This document shows, piece after piece, positions 1 through 8,770 of a DNA stretch of 64,000 bases; position 1 is the first letter of the stretch; each line of letters starts with the position of its first letter. Below the pieces are notes generated by a model. That model had not been told where the DNA came from and did no database searches. It saw nothing but the letters and a program-made list of their open reading frames with translations. The DNA comes from a virus: positions 1-64,000 of the IMG/VR virus record IMGVR_UViG_3300019124_000103. One strand, written 5' to 3'. Made by a program: the position numbers and the translations under genes.

Positions 1-1047
1 TCAAAGGGCGCTCCGCTTCACTTCCCGCGACCGGTCGTAGACCGTCTCCGTCGTCGCCTTGTTCTTGTGCATGTCCGGCAGCTTGCCGGTTTGCTGCTTG
101 TGCGCGGTGGCGTAGTAGGCCCGCAGCGCGTGGAAGTTGAAGCGCTCGGCCTCCGTGATGACCCCGGCCTTCATCGCGTCAATGACGCACCGCTGCCAGA
201 GCGTCTTGAAGCCCCGGGCGGTGTACTGCGTGTTGTCCCGGGTCGGAAACAGGTACAGGCAGGGACGGGCGGCGTTATTGGCCGCGATCCGGTCCAGCAA
301 GTCGGCCAGCCGGGGCGTGATCTGGATGACCTCGATGACCTCGATTCGGGCGCCTTTGCGCTGCTTGGCCCGCTTCACCCGGATCACCCCCGCGTCACGG
401 TCTACCTGCGGCCAGCACAGCGGCCGGAACTCCACCTGGCGATTGCCGGCCAGGGCGGCATATTCAGCGGCAAGCCCGATGATCCGGCGCTGGGGCGTCT
501 GCTGGTCCAGCCAGGCCAGGAACCGGCGCAGGGCGTCAGCCTGAGGCAGGACGGTCGAAGGGGTGGTTTCCGGGGGGTCCACCTCGGTCGCCGGGTTGCG
601 TTCGCAGACCCCCAACAGAATCCCGTGCTTGAACAGGTTCGACAGCAGCGCCTTCTCGATCCTGGCGCGGGTGGGCGATTCTTCCCGCTCCACGTGGACA
701 TAGCGGGCGATCAGCGGCGCCGTGATCGCGGCGATCTGCATTTCCCCGAAGCGGGCCGCCACCTGCTTCCAGGCGCCTGCATAGTCGTCCTGCGTGCCCT
801 GAGAGAGCTTCGTGAACTTCCGGTGCTTGGTGTACCGCTCCCACACCCACTTCAAGGTGCCGGTGGCGTCGGTCTGGCCGTTCATGTCCAGCACCTGCCG
901 GCAAGCGGCGTCCCGGTCGGTGCCGAGGTTGATCGGCTTGCCGCCTACCGGGTGGTACCGGTAGGTGATGAGTCCGTCCTTGCGCGGCCGCGCCTCCATC
1001 CGAGGCAGCAGACCAAAGCCGCTGGCACGCTCGCGCGGTCGTCCCAT
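1..1047 (-). CDS. int: Tyrosine recombinase (phage integrase A)
   Basis: Start MGRPRERASGFGLLPRM overlaps the xis stop (ATGA); catalytic motifs GNRQVE, HALR, DMH, TVYDR. Confidence 0.93.
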   Translation of the reverse strand: MGRPRERASGFGLLPRMEARPRKDGLITYRYHPVGGKPINLGTDRDAACRQVLDMNGQTDATGTLKWVWERYTKHRKFTKLSQGTQDDYAGAWKQVAARFGEMQIAAITAPLIARYVHVEREESPTRARIEKALLSNLFKHGILLGVCERNPATEVDPPETTPSTVLPQADALRRFLAWLDQQTPQRRIIGLAAEYAALAGNRQVEFRPLCWPQVDRDAGVIRVKRAKQRKGARIEVIEVIQITPRLADLLDRIAANNAARPCLYLFPTRDNTQYTARGFKTLWQRCVIDAMKAGVITEAERFNFHALRAYYATAHKQQTGKLPDMHKNKATTETVYDRSREVKRSAL

Positions 1048-1274
1048 CAGGCGGCCTTCTTCCACTTCGGACCGTTGGCTGGGCCGGGCTGGGGCTTGTT
1101 GCGGCGCTCCCATTCCGAGCGCATCACCAGCGGCCGACCGTTCGGCTTGCGGTCCACCATCAGCCCGAGCCGCTTCAGGTAGCGCACCTTCGCCGCGTTC
1201 TGCACCAGGCCGGCGCAAATGCTGTCCACCTCGGCATCGGTCAACGCTGCGCCGATGGCTTCGACTTGCATCAT
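1047..1274 (-). CDS. xis: Excisionase-like small protein (DUF4224-like)
   Basis: 75 aa, LTDAEV...RKPNGRPLVMRSEWE, directly upstream of and coupled to int. Confidence 0.7.
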   Translation of the reverse strand: MMQVEAIGAALTDAEVDSICAGLVQNAAKVRYLKRLGLMVDRKPNGRPLVMRSEWERRNKPQPGPANGPKWKKAA

Positions 1275-2107
1275 CCCTCCCCCCGTTCAAGGTGGGCGTC
1301 TATGGCGGCGTCTAGTCCTACGTCGCTGGTGTCGGTCGTGTCGAAAGAGCCAAGAAGCAGGCCTAGCCTTTCCGACCGAAGGAACCGATAGCGCTTGGCA
1401 TCGGCCTCGGCTGCTTCGGCGCGAACACGCCACGTTTTTCGCATGGCCTGCTCGGTGTCGCGCTCAAGACGGAGTTCCCCCACCTGGGCCTCGGCTGCTG
1501 CCAGCTTCTCCCGTAGGGATGCGATCTCTTGGGATGCGACGGCGTGGTCTGTGAGAGCCGTTACCTCCCGGCCGTACTGGGCCGCCAGCCTGGCTTGGTC
1601 CTCATCAGCAGTCAGGACGATGCTTGCCCATACGTCGCTCGGAACATAGCTCCAAGCGAGGACCGGCAGTTCAGGCAGTGGTGTGGTGCTGCTCATGGGT
1701 GATCCCTCGTCTGGTCTGTGAGCGTGCCTGACGGGCACCGGGCTATCCGCTCCAGCCCTTCGGGCGTCCGCTTCTATCCCTCGCGCGTGAGCGCGGGCGG
1801 CAACTTCCGACATGCCGCACCTGTCGCAGATGCGAATGCTGCTGCGCGGGTCTAGCGCGAAGGCGTGGTGGCAGGCAGAATCGGGGGCAGCCAAACCGGG
1901 TCTTGCGTTCGCGTGAGATTCACCTTGAGAAGCGCCTTCGGGCGCTTTTCCTTTTGCTGCCTGCCACGCATGCCACAGCATCGTCTGCTCGATGCTTTCA
2001 TAGTCGACACCATCGCGCTCAAGACTGAAGGTTGAGTAACTGGTGGCCCACGCCTCGAAAGCCTCGCGCTCTGTCTTGTCGGTGCTCATTTGGGGGCTCC
2101 TGCTCAT
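1271..2107 (-). CDS. Mosaic early hypothetical protein (alternative starts 2089 and internal 1696)
   Basis: EREAFEAW and DAKRYRFLR...LDAAIDA motifs typical of phage early genes; C-terminal part homologous to 45090..45362. Confidence 0.65.
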   Translation of the reverse strand: MSRSPQMSTDKTEREAFEAWATSYSTFSLERDGVDYESIEQTMLWHAWQAAKGKAPEGASQGESHANARPGLAAPDSACHHAFALDPRSSIRICDRCGMSEVAARAHARGIEADARRAGADSPVPVRHAHRPDEGSPMSSTTPLPELPVLAWSYVPSDVWASIVLTADEDQARLAAQYGREVTALTDHAVASQEIASLREKLAAAEAQVGELRLERDTEQAMRKTWRVRAEAAEADAKRYRFLRSERLGLLLGSFDTTDTSDVGLDAAIDAHLERGEG

Positions 2108-2736
2108 GCGGCCTCCAGTTGCTTGTACGCGGCCCTGGCAATGGACAACAGCACGTCGCGGAACGGTAGCGGTGTGCGATCCCTGATCCGTTCCTTGTCC
2201 TTGCCGCCGATCATCGCCACGACACCGATGCGCCGGGCCTTCTCATAGCCATAGCGTTCAATCATCCAGGCTGGGATGCGCTGCTCACCCTTCGACCAGT
2301 TCAGCTCTGGCAGGCAGCAGCCAGCGGCATAGAGCCAGGTCGGCTTGCGGCTCTCGTGTCCGTAGTGCCCTTGCTCTACATAGCAGGCCATGCCGCCGAA
2401 AGCGTCGGCTTGCTGCCAGCCCTTGCCCTGCTCGGGAGCCTTGAGGCCGAACCATGCCCATGCCTTCGAGTGCGCCGGGTGTTCCAGTACCCCACCGAAG
2501 TTGCGCACGGCGGTAAGCGCGGCGGCGAAGCAACCTTCATCGGCGCCGAGCTTGAACTGGTGCGGCTTGGCGGTACTGCCGTGCCAGAAGCGCCCCCAGC
2601 GCTTGCAAGGCGGGTGCGCCACCACAGGGTGCGGGCCGGCGTACTGGCGGGCATCCCGCTGCTTGTCCCACGGGTCCACATCCGGTAGGCCGAAGTACAC
2701 GCCATCGGTTTCAACGAACAACGCTGCGACCTTCAT
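2104..2736 (-). CDS. Cytosine-methyltransferase-like phage protein
   Basis: AHPPC (motif IV-like), VLEHP (motif VI-like), YGHESRKPTWL; canonical FxGxG not evident. Confidence 0.55.
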   Translation of the reverse strand: MKVAALFVETDGVYFGLPDVDPWDKQRDARQYAGPHPVVAHPPCKRWGRFWHGSTAKPHQFKLGADEGCFAAALTAVRNFGGVLEHPAHSKAWAWFGLKAPEQGKGWQQADAFGGMACYVEQGHYGHESRKPTWLYAAGCCLPELNWSKGEQRIPAWMIERYGYEKARRIGVVAMIGGKDKERIRDRTPLPFRDVLLSIARAAYKQLEAA

Positions 2737-3158
2737 TGACCACCTCCGGTGCCCTTTGCCGCCTCGCGCGCTTCTGCCTCGTCTTTGCGGCCCTCGGCAT
2801 AGGCGTCGTTCAGTGCCTGCTCAATGCCGGCCGCCATTGCCATACTGTCCAAACCAGTGTTCAGGCAGTCGGTACAGCCGTGCTCACCTAGGCCTCTGCT
2901 TCGACAGTGGCACCAGACGCGCTCTGCGTAGTTCGCGCCATGCGATTGAAGCGGACGCCCCGAAGGGGCTGGAGCGAAAAGCGCGGTCGCCGAAGGCGAG
3001 GCGCCCTGAACCTGTCCGGCTCCCAAAGGCTGGGAGAGGGAGGCGCGTAGCTGGCGCAGTTCTTCGAGAGCTTCCAGCACATCCGCATGCCCAAGCTCGA
3101 TCAGCAGCCGCTGCGTGCGGACGATCCTGCGAAGGCTCCCTGTCTTGTCGCCGCTCAC
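2733..3158 (-). CDS. Hypothetical early protein (Cys-containing module)
   Basis: 4-bp overlaps on both sides; N-terminus near-identical to 45818..46417. Confidence 0.7.
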   Translation of the reverse strand: MSGDKTGSLRRIVRTQRLLIELGHADVLEALEELRQLRASLSQPLGAGQVQGASPSATALFAPAPSGRPLQSHGANYAERVWCHCRSRGLGEHGCTDCLNTGLDSMAMAAGIEQALNDAYAEGRKDEAEAREAAKGTGGGQ

Positions 3159-3997
3159 ACCCCACCCCCTTGTGCGCCAGAGAGGCCGAGCCGGGCCGCG
3201 AGTCGGGTGATGATCGTCTCTAGCTGGTCAAGCCTGCCTTGGTCATCCGGTGCGTCGATGCGACCCAGCAAAAGCATGGCCTCGTCGATGTCGCTGTCCC
3301 CTGTCCAGGTGAACCGCGCCTCCCGCCCCTGCGCCGAGGGCGGCTCTGCGGGTGCTGTGGGGGTGACGCAAGAGCAGTTCACGATGTCGCTCGCGCTGCG
3401 AATTGCGGTGCCTTCCCAGAGGCAGACGGCGTCGTGTTTCGCCACTGCAGGCTGCTCTGCCTGCTCCCCGGCGGGGGCATCAACGATGTAGGTCATCAGG
3501 TGCGCGCGAAGCGCGGACGAGTACGCATTCGCAGATGCCACGTTTGACATCGCGACGCTGCCCGCCAGGAGTTCGGCCAGACGCAACGCTTGGTAGACGG
3601 CGTCGCGGGGCGAAAGGCGCTGCCTGTCGCCTGCCGGCTGCTCTGCCTGCTCGGGCACTGAGGGAGCGGCGGACAGCAGGGCTTGATACGCCCGCACTTC
3701 TGCCCAGGGAGAGCCGGCGAGGCTCGGCGCGACGCGCTTGTATGCGGCGCTCGCCTCTCGAAGCATCTGCTGTGTCGGCTCCACCGGCACCAGCTTCCAC
3801 CCCTTCGGCACCGTCAGTGCTGCGGGTGCCTGCTCGGTGGTGGCAAGGGCGGACAGTAGGATGCGCCTGGCGTTGCCGATCTTGAAGCCGCGGGCCTGCG
3901 CGATGGCGAACTCGGTCGGCCGATCCAGACCGGGGTTCTCCGGTGCCTCCAGTGCGGCCAGCGCAGCCGCCAGCGCCTCTCGTGTGGTGTCGGTCAT
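3155..3997 (-). CDS. Mosaic early hypothetical protein
   Basis: MTDTTREAL start, VPKGWKLVPVEPT module; shares blocks with 46632..47291. Confidence 0.75.
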   Translation of the reverse strand: MTDTTREALAAALAALEAPENPGLDRPTEFAIAQARGFKIGNARRILLSALATTEQAPAALTVPKGWKLVPVEPTQQMLREASAAYKRVAPSLAGSPWAEVRAYQALLSAAPSVPEQAEQPAGDRQRLSPRDAVYQALRLAELLAGSVAMSNVASANAYSSALRAHLMTYIVDAPAGEQAEQPAVAKHDAVCLWEGTAIRSASDIVNCSCVTPTAPAEPPSAQGREARFTWTGDSDIDEAMLLLGRIDAPDDQGRLDQLETIITRLAARLGLSGAQGGGV

Positions 3998-4209
3998 GAT
4001 GTGTGGTCCTGCTCGATGAAGCCGATGCATACCGCCTCTGGGTGGGCCTGAGGCGCTACTGGCTGCGAAAGCTCCAAGAGCTGCAGCACGCGTGCGGCAG
4101 CGAGAGTCGAATTGGGGTAACTAGTCGTCGGCCAGACGTTGTTGCCGGGTCCGATTTGTGAAACATCCCAGCCTCGCTTTGACTGCTTGATGGCGAGTTC
4201 AATGCTCAC
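3994..4209 (-). CDS. Hypothetical protein
   Basis: GTG start coupled to the upstream stop (GTGA), stop coupled to the next ATG. Confidence 0.6.
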   Translation of the reverse strand: MSIELAIKQSKRGWDVSQIGPGNNVWPTTSYPNSTLAAARVLQLLELSQPVAPQAHPEAVCIGFIEQDHTS

Positions 4210-4739
4210 GATGCCTGCTCCTGCTGTTGTGTGGAGAGGGCGCGAATGGCGCGTTCGCACTCACGAAGGCAGGGCTCAAAGTCCCCGCCATGCTGGGCAA
4301 TCTTTGTCGCCTGGCGCAGCATGTCCAGCGCACGTTCGGCCTCGCCCGCGTTGGATCGCTGCGTCGCGGTTGTGGTGTACGGGTTCGATGGCTCCTTTGG
4401 CGGCTGGCCGTAGTCGTGGGTTCGCCAGAACTCGTTCGTGCTTTCCTTCCACGCAACACCCGCAGCGAAGCCCTGCTGCCACGCCGCCGCCCCTGCGTGC
4501 TGTGGTGCTGGTGGGGTGGTGTAGAGGGGCGTTATGTCCCGCAGCTTGTCCGGGTAGCCGGGGCACCAGGCGATGCCCTCCGGTTGGTCCTTGTCGTGGA
4601 AGCCCGCCGGCTCTGCTGCCTCCTGCTGGGCGAGGGCGGCGAGAGCCCGGTTCACAAGGTCGCGTACCTCAGTTGTCAGGGTGCAGGTCTTTGCCTTCCG
4701 CAGGGCCTCTGCCGCCAGCGCTTCTCGGTCTTGGGTCAT
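4206..4739 (-). CDS. Mosaic early hypothetical protein
   Basis: MTQDREAL...GFHDKDQPEGIAWCPGYPDKLRDITPLY...ALSTQQQEQAS shared with 47431..48042. Confidence 0.75.
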   Translation of the reverse strand: MTQDREALAAEALRKAKTCTLTTEVRDLVNRALAALAQQEAAEPAGFHDKDQPEGIAWCPGYPDKLRDITPLYTTPPAPQHAGAAAWQQGFAAGVAWKESTNEFWRTHDYGQPPKEPSNPYTTTATQRSNAGEAERALDMLRQATKIAQHGGDFEPCLRECERAIRALSTQQQEQAS

Positions 4740-4777
4740 ATTTGGTTTCCCGTGGGAGCTAACCCGGGCCTGCGGCC

Positions 4778-5218
4778 CTAGGCGTTCTGGAATTCGGTGC
4801 TGCGTTCATCGGCATTGATCTCAACGCCACGCATTGCCGCCGTTGCCTTGAGGAAGTCCAGCCACTCGCTGAACTCCTTTTTCCCGAACTTGCTGGTGCG
4901 GAGTCCCAGCATCACGACACCGCCGTTTAGGCCCATCGCGAGGCGTGGCGTCTCGCCTCGGAACGCGCAGGTAAGAACGTCTTTCCATTCCTCGGCTGTC
5001 ATGTGGACCATCTGCCCATTCACCGGCCACTTGAGTTGCCGTGAGAAGGCTTCGAGGATCGGCCACATGGCGGCGTTCTGCTCCGAGGACCGGCCCTCGT
5101 CCTTGATCTCCAGAACCAGCCGGTGCCCCGCCAGCAGCAGAGGCTTGATCTGCATCCACAGATCCATCAGGAGCTTGTGCGCCTGATGTGCGTTGTAGAG
5201 GCGTTGAACGATCTTCAC
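4778..5218 (-). CDS. ninB: NinB/Orf-family recombination protein
   Basis: RSSEQNAAMW...EEWKDVL...RTSKFGKKEFSEWLDF pattern of the NinB family. Confidence 0.8.
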   Translation of the reverse strand: MKIVQRLYNAHQAHKLLMDLWMQIKPLLLAGHRLVLEIKDEGRSSEQNAAMWPILEAFSRQLKWPVNGQMVHMTAEEWKDVLTCAFRGETPRLAMGLNGGVVMLGLRTSKFGKKEFSEWLDFLKATAAMRGVEINADERSTEFQNA

Positions 5219-5544
5219 GGCTTCCTCTTCAGCGTTTCCATGTCCCAGCCTTCCCGCTCGGCCATCTCTTGCATTCGTTCGACGTACTCAGCCTCTAGCT
5301 CTCGTCGCTGATCCCGGCTCATGTCAAGACAGTTGTCGTGCTGCTGATGGCAGCCGATCAATCCGAAGCGAGGGACGCAGAGGGGGAAGATCTTTGAGTC
5401 GCAAACCTTCATCCCTAGTCCCTTGCCGAAATTCGCGTGAGCCGCTTGGCTCCAACCGTCGATACCGCAACCGAAGCACGGCTTAGAGGCGACGTACCTT
5501 CTGTACGCCTCTGACCTCAGTAGCCGTGTCTTCGGGTAGAGCAT
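5215..5544 (-). CDS. Zn-binding DUF968-like protein
   Basis: RSEAYRRYVASKPCFGCG...AAH...PLC...CH; near-identical to 48521..48850. Confidence 0.7.
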   Translation of the reverse strand: MLYPKTRLLRSEAYRRYVASKPCFGCGIDGWSQAAHANFGKGLGMKVCDSKIFPLCVPRFGLIGCHQQHDNCLDMSRDQRRELEAEYVERMQEMAEREGWDMETLKRKP

Positions 5545-5963
5545 CAGAATGGCGGGCCGTTGTCGTCGTAATCAGCCGCGTTGCCGCGCTTCATCTGGGC
5601 ATGCGTCTTCTGCTGGGCCGGCTCCCCGCCTTCACGCCCGCCAAGAAGCTGCATCTCGGCCGCGATCACCTCGGTGGTGTAGCGGTCGGCGCCGTCCTTG
5701 TCTTGCCACTTTCGGGTTTTGAGCCGGCCTTCGACATACAGCGGCTTGCCCTTCTTGGCGAACTCGCCGACAACCTCCGCCAAGCGGTCATATAAAACCA
5801 CGTTGTGCCACTCGGTTTCCTCTTGCTTGTCGCCTTGTTTGTCCTTCCAGCTCCGCGAAGTTGCTAGCGAGACATTGCAGACGGCCGAGCCGCTGGGCGT
5901 GTAGCGCACTTCTGGGTCGCGCCCAAGATTGCCGATGAGGATGACTTTGTTTACAGAGGCCAT
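5544..5963 (-). CDS. ssb: Single-stranded DNA-binding protein
   Basis: [21 protein letters not shown]...EGRLKTRKW, acidic PF tail. Confidence 0.97.
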   Translation of the reverse strand: MASVNKVILIGNLGRDPEVRYTPSGSAVCNVSLATSRSWKDKQGDKQEETEWHNVVLYDRLAEVVGEFAKKGKPLYVEGRLKTRKWQDKDGADRYTTEVIAAEMQLLGGREGGEPAQQKTHAQMKRGNAADYDDNGPPF

Positions 5964-5965
5964 GG

Positions 5966-6574
5966 TTACGCAGCCAGTTGAGAAAGGGCCTTGACCTCTT
6001 CGTCTACTTCCGAGAGGAAGAGGGAGACGGCTAGGGCAAGTTGGGTGATGTACTTTTCATCGCGCTCGATGCGCTGGATGAACAGTTGAAGGTGCTCGGG
6101 GAACTCGGGGTGGTAGCTCACGAAGTCCCACCACTGGCGACCGGTGATCCACATGGCCCCCTGCACCTGGGCCATGTGTTCGGGCGGCATCTTTTGGGCG
6201 AGAAGCGTCGCAAGGTGGGTTGCCTTGTTGGGGCACTTGATCTCAAGCCCGCCATCCTTGCCGATGAGGCCATCAGGGGATGCGCCGGCCATCATTTCCG
6301 GGTGCTGGATGAAGCCGGCGTCATCAACGATTAAGCCGGTCTTCGCCATGTAGGCGATGCGAGCGAAAGGCTCTTGCTCAGTGCCCCAGGCCATCGCGGC
6401 GTTCGTATAGGTTTGCTCTGGCGTGCCGGTCAGCCGCTCGCAGACGAGCGCGGCCCGGTAGTTCCTGCGATCAGCCGCTTCGCCGCTCTTGATCGTCGCA
6501 AGAATGTCTTTGAAGCGGCTGGCGGTGGCCTTGCCGACGCGGGCCTTAAACCATTCGTCACTCTGCTGTTGCAT
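5966..6574 (-). CDS. YqaJ/lambda-type exonuclease
   Basis: [37 protein letters not shown] motifs. Confidence 0.92.
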   Translation of the reverse strand: MQQQSDEWFKARVGKATASRFKDILATIKSGEAADRRNYRAALVCERLTGTPEQTYTNAAMAWGTEQEPFARIAYMAKTGLIVDDAGFIQHPEMMAGASPDGLIGKDGGLEIKCPNKATHLATLLAQKMPPEHMAQVQGAMWITGRQWWDFVSYHPEFPEHLQLFIQRIERDEKYITQLALAVSLFLSEVDEEVKALSQLAA

Positions 6575-7343
6575 TCTTCAGCTCCTTCATGCGGGCATTG
6601 AAGTAGGAGACGTACTTTTTCTTATTGGCTTGATCCAGCTCGTTCATCGCCTTGACCAGTTCGGCAACGGTCTTCGCGGCCTTCATCTCGGGGTGCTCGA
6701 TGGGCGTGTCAGGCTGAACCGTGCCCCCTTCTTCCGACGCCGCCCCGCGCAACTCGTCGGGCAAGTCCTCGATGTCCTGCGTGAAGATGTCCGAAGCGCC
6801 AAGGGCGGTTAGCGTGAAGTCGATCTGTGCCCGCTTCTTCGCCATCTTCAGGACCGTATTTGCTAGGTCACTCGGGTCCGTCCGAACCTGTTGCGAAGTC
6901 CAGATGTCATAGCCGCGCTTGGCGATGTTCCACTTGCGTCCGTACTTGACGCGGCGGCGGTTAGGCGGCGTGGCCTCGAACTCTTCTTCGCAAACAGCGT
7001 TGCGCCACTTGTACTTTTCCTCTCCGGTGGAGCACTCGCCGACTCCCTCGCCGACGACCATTCCGGTCGGCTGGTGAACGCCGATCACCTTGACCCGAAA
7101 CCGGCGCTCGTCATCGGTGCCCAGGTCTTCGACCTCGACGCGAGTTCCAATGTGGAACGTGGCAAGCAGAACTTCGGAGCCGGCCTTGTAGAGCGTGGGC
7201 TTGTCAGTGCCGGGGATCTTTCCGTAATGCGTGCCGTCCTTCATCACGGCTCGCATCACCTCCTGAACCGCATTGATGCGAGCCCGCATGTCTGCGGCGG
7301 ACATCACCTGCATTTGTTCGACCTTGGCAAGTGCGCTCATCAA
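6558..7343 (-). CDS. Probable single-strand annealing recombinase
   Basis: HYGKIPGTDKPTLYKAGSE and NTVLKMAKKRA..D...FTQDIED; located next to exonuclease and ssb, same slot as ERF in unit B. Confidence 0.6.
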   Translation of the reverse strand: MMSALAKVEQMQVMSAADMRARINAVQEVMRAVMKDGTHYGKIPGTDKPTLYKAGSEVLLATFHIGTRVEVEDLGTDDERRFRVKVIGVHQPTGMVVGEGVGECSTGEEKYKWRNAVCEEEFEATPPNRRRVKYGRKWNIAKRGYDIWTSQQVRTDPSDLANTVLKMAKKRAQIDFTLTALGASDIFTQDIEDLPDELRGAASEEGGTVQPDTPIEHPEMKAAKTVAELVKAMNELDQANKKKYVSYFNARMKELKNATAE

Positions 7344-7585
7344 TGCACCTCCTTGCTAATCACATGCCGATGCCACCAGGCCGCGAGGCGCTGCTTCCAA
7401 GTAAGCGGAGCGGGGACGTGGCACATACCCCCCGGCATCTCTCCCCACATGGGCCAGCAGTCACAGGGGCGGCGGCCTTGGTTGCAGTCCCCGGCGCAGC
7501 CAAGAACAACGGTCAGGCGCTGGGCGTACAGCTCGCGGGTCTTAACGGTTTCGACCATGGCGAAGTGAGCTTGCGCGTCCATCAC
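7340..7585 (-). CDS. Cys-rich hypothetical protein
   Basis: CNQGRRPCDC; homolog at 50011..50259. Confidence 0.7.
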   Translation of the reverse strand: MMDAQAHFAMVETVKTRELYAQRLTVVLGCAGDCNQGRRPCDCWPMWGEMPGGMCHVPAPLTWKQRLAAWWHRHVISKEVH

Positions 7586-7764
7586 ATCACCCCCGCCACA
7601 AGCAGGACCGCAAGGACCGCGATGACGACAACGCCGACATAGGTCGCTGCTGCGTGGCCCTTGCTGGCGAACACCTCGACAGGGGAGGCGTAGTCAGCGG
7701 GGGTGACGAACTGCCGGCTAGCTCTCGTCCAGGCGGCCGGCGTCTCCGTGAAGTTGCGCTTCAT
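7582..7764 (-). CDS. Small membrane protein
   Basis: C-terminal hydrophobic helix; homolog at 50256..50438. Confidence 0.7.
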   Translation of the reverse strand: MKRNFTETPAAWTRASRQFVTPADYASPVEVFASKGHAAATYVGVVVIAVLAVLLVAGVM

Positions 7765-7976
7765 GCTGTCTCCCAAATCACGCCCACTTGTCGGACGTTG
7801 CGTTGCCGATCGATAGCCACCACATGGATACCCTCAGAGGTGGGCCAGAAGTCCAACTTGACCCCCGCCATGTCATCCATGCCTTCGACTTGAAGGTCAG
7901 AGAGAACGAAGGGCCGGGGCGCTTGCATTGCCTCGGGTGTGGGGCAGGGCAGCAGGGTGTCGAGAAGGGCGCTCAT
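7761..7976 (-). CDS. Hypothetical protein
   Basis: Coupled overlaps; homolog at 50435..50650. Confidence 0.7.
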   Translation of the reverse strand: MSALLDTLLPCPTPEAMQAPRPFVLSDLQVEGMDDMAGVKLDFWPTSEGIHVVAIDRQRNVRQVGVIWETA

Positions 7977-8290
7977 TGCTGGCCTCCGGTGGCCTTGGCG
8001 ATGGCTGCCACGAGGGCATCACCCGCTTCTACTGGAATGGAGAGGCCGCGGACGTTGAACGTTGCCAGCATTACCCGTGCGGCCTCCAGCAGTTCAGGAG
8101 CGGCAGCGATCAGGCGGGCGTCCGCTTCGCTGAACTCGCCGCACCGGTTGTCTAGCCGCCTTTCGCGGCCCCCGACGAACGTCATGTCTCGCCAGTAGAT
8201 GGAGTACTGAAAGTTGGCTCCCTTGGCCAAGGGGCTGTTGCTTTCGAGCCGAGGGAACCAAGGCCCCGGCGTGTGCTTCGCGGCGCTCAC
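7973..8290 (-). CDS. Hypothetical early protein (KHTPGPW / ARLIAAAPELL family)
   Basis: Widespread phage motif pair; GTG start coupled to the upstream stop. Confidence 0.75.
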   Translation of the reverse strand: MSAAKHTPGPWFPRLESNSPLAKGANFQYSIYWRDMTFVGGRERRLDNRCGEFSEADARLIAAAPELLEAARVMLATFNVRGLSIPVEAGDALVAAIAKATGGQQ

Positions 8291-8619
8291 AGCGCAGCCT
8301 CCCGAAACTTGGTCTTGCACGAATGGCAGTGCATGACGCGATTGAAGCTGGCTGACAGGCCGGCGCAGTCCTCGCAAGGCTCAGGCTCGGGAGCCGTCAT
8401 TGCCTTGATCTCGTCGTTGAGGTCTTGGATCTCGTAGTACGCGCTACGCAGCTCGCCGCGCAGCAGGCCAATCAGGTAGGCATTGCGCACAGCCTGATCA
8501 CCGCCGACCTTCGCCGTGTACTCGTCGGCCTGGCGCTCTACACGGGACAGGATGACGTCGCAGACGCTGGGCTTCAGCTTCCACGGAGCGGGGATCGGGA
8601 TGTCGGTTTGCATTGCCAT
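8287..8619 (-). CDS. First gene of leftward operon, Zn-ribbon C-terminus
   Basis: AGGAG RBS, CEDC...CHSC; homolog at 50943..51275. Confidence 0.75.
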   Translation of the reverse strand: MAMQTDIPIPAPWKLKPSVCDVILSRVERQADEYTAKVGGDQAVRNAYLIGLLRGELRSAYYEIQDLNDEIKAMTAPEPEPCEDCAGLSASFNRVMHCHSCKTKFREAAL

Positions 8620-8647
8620 CTCTCCTGCGAGTCGATGGCTGTAGTGT

Positions 8648-8705
8648 GGACAATAATGACCGAGAACGCAAGACAATAATGTCCAACTCCGACAGCTTCT
8701 GTCGG
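8648..8705. promoter_or_regulatory. oL operators / pL region of unit A (GGACA-N4-TGTCC-like)
   Basis: GGACAATAATGACC (8648), AGACAATAATGTCC (8671), CCGACAGCTTCTGTCGG (8689); same motif at oR. Confidence 0.7.
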
Positions 8706-8770
8706 GTATTTGAGGGATGGACCGGACAGTCTTGACTGCTTACAGTTATCGCGAGGAGTGGAGGGCCAGA

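Noticed and set aside
1048-1290. N-terminal extension of integrase A in the ORF track (429 aa)
   Set aside because: It overlaps xis entirely; the ATGA-coupled start at 1047 gives a typical integrase N-terminus
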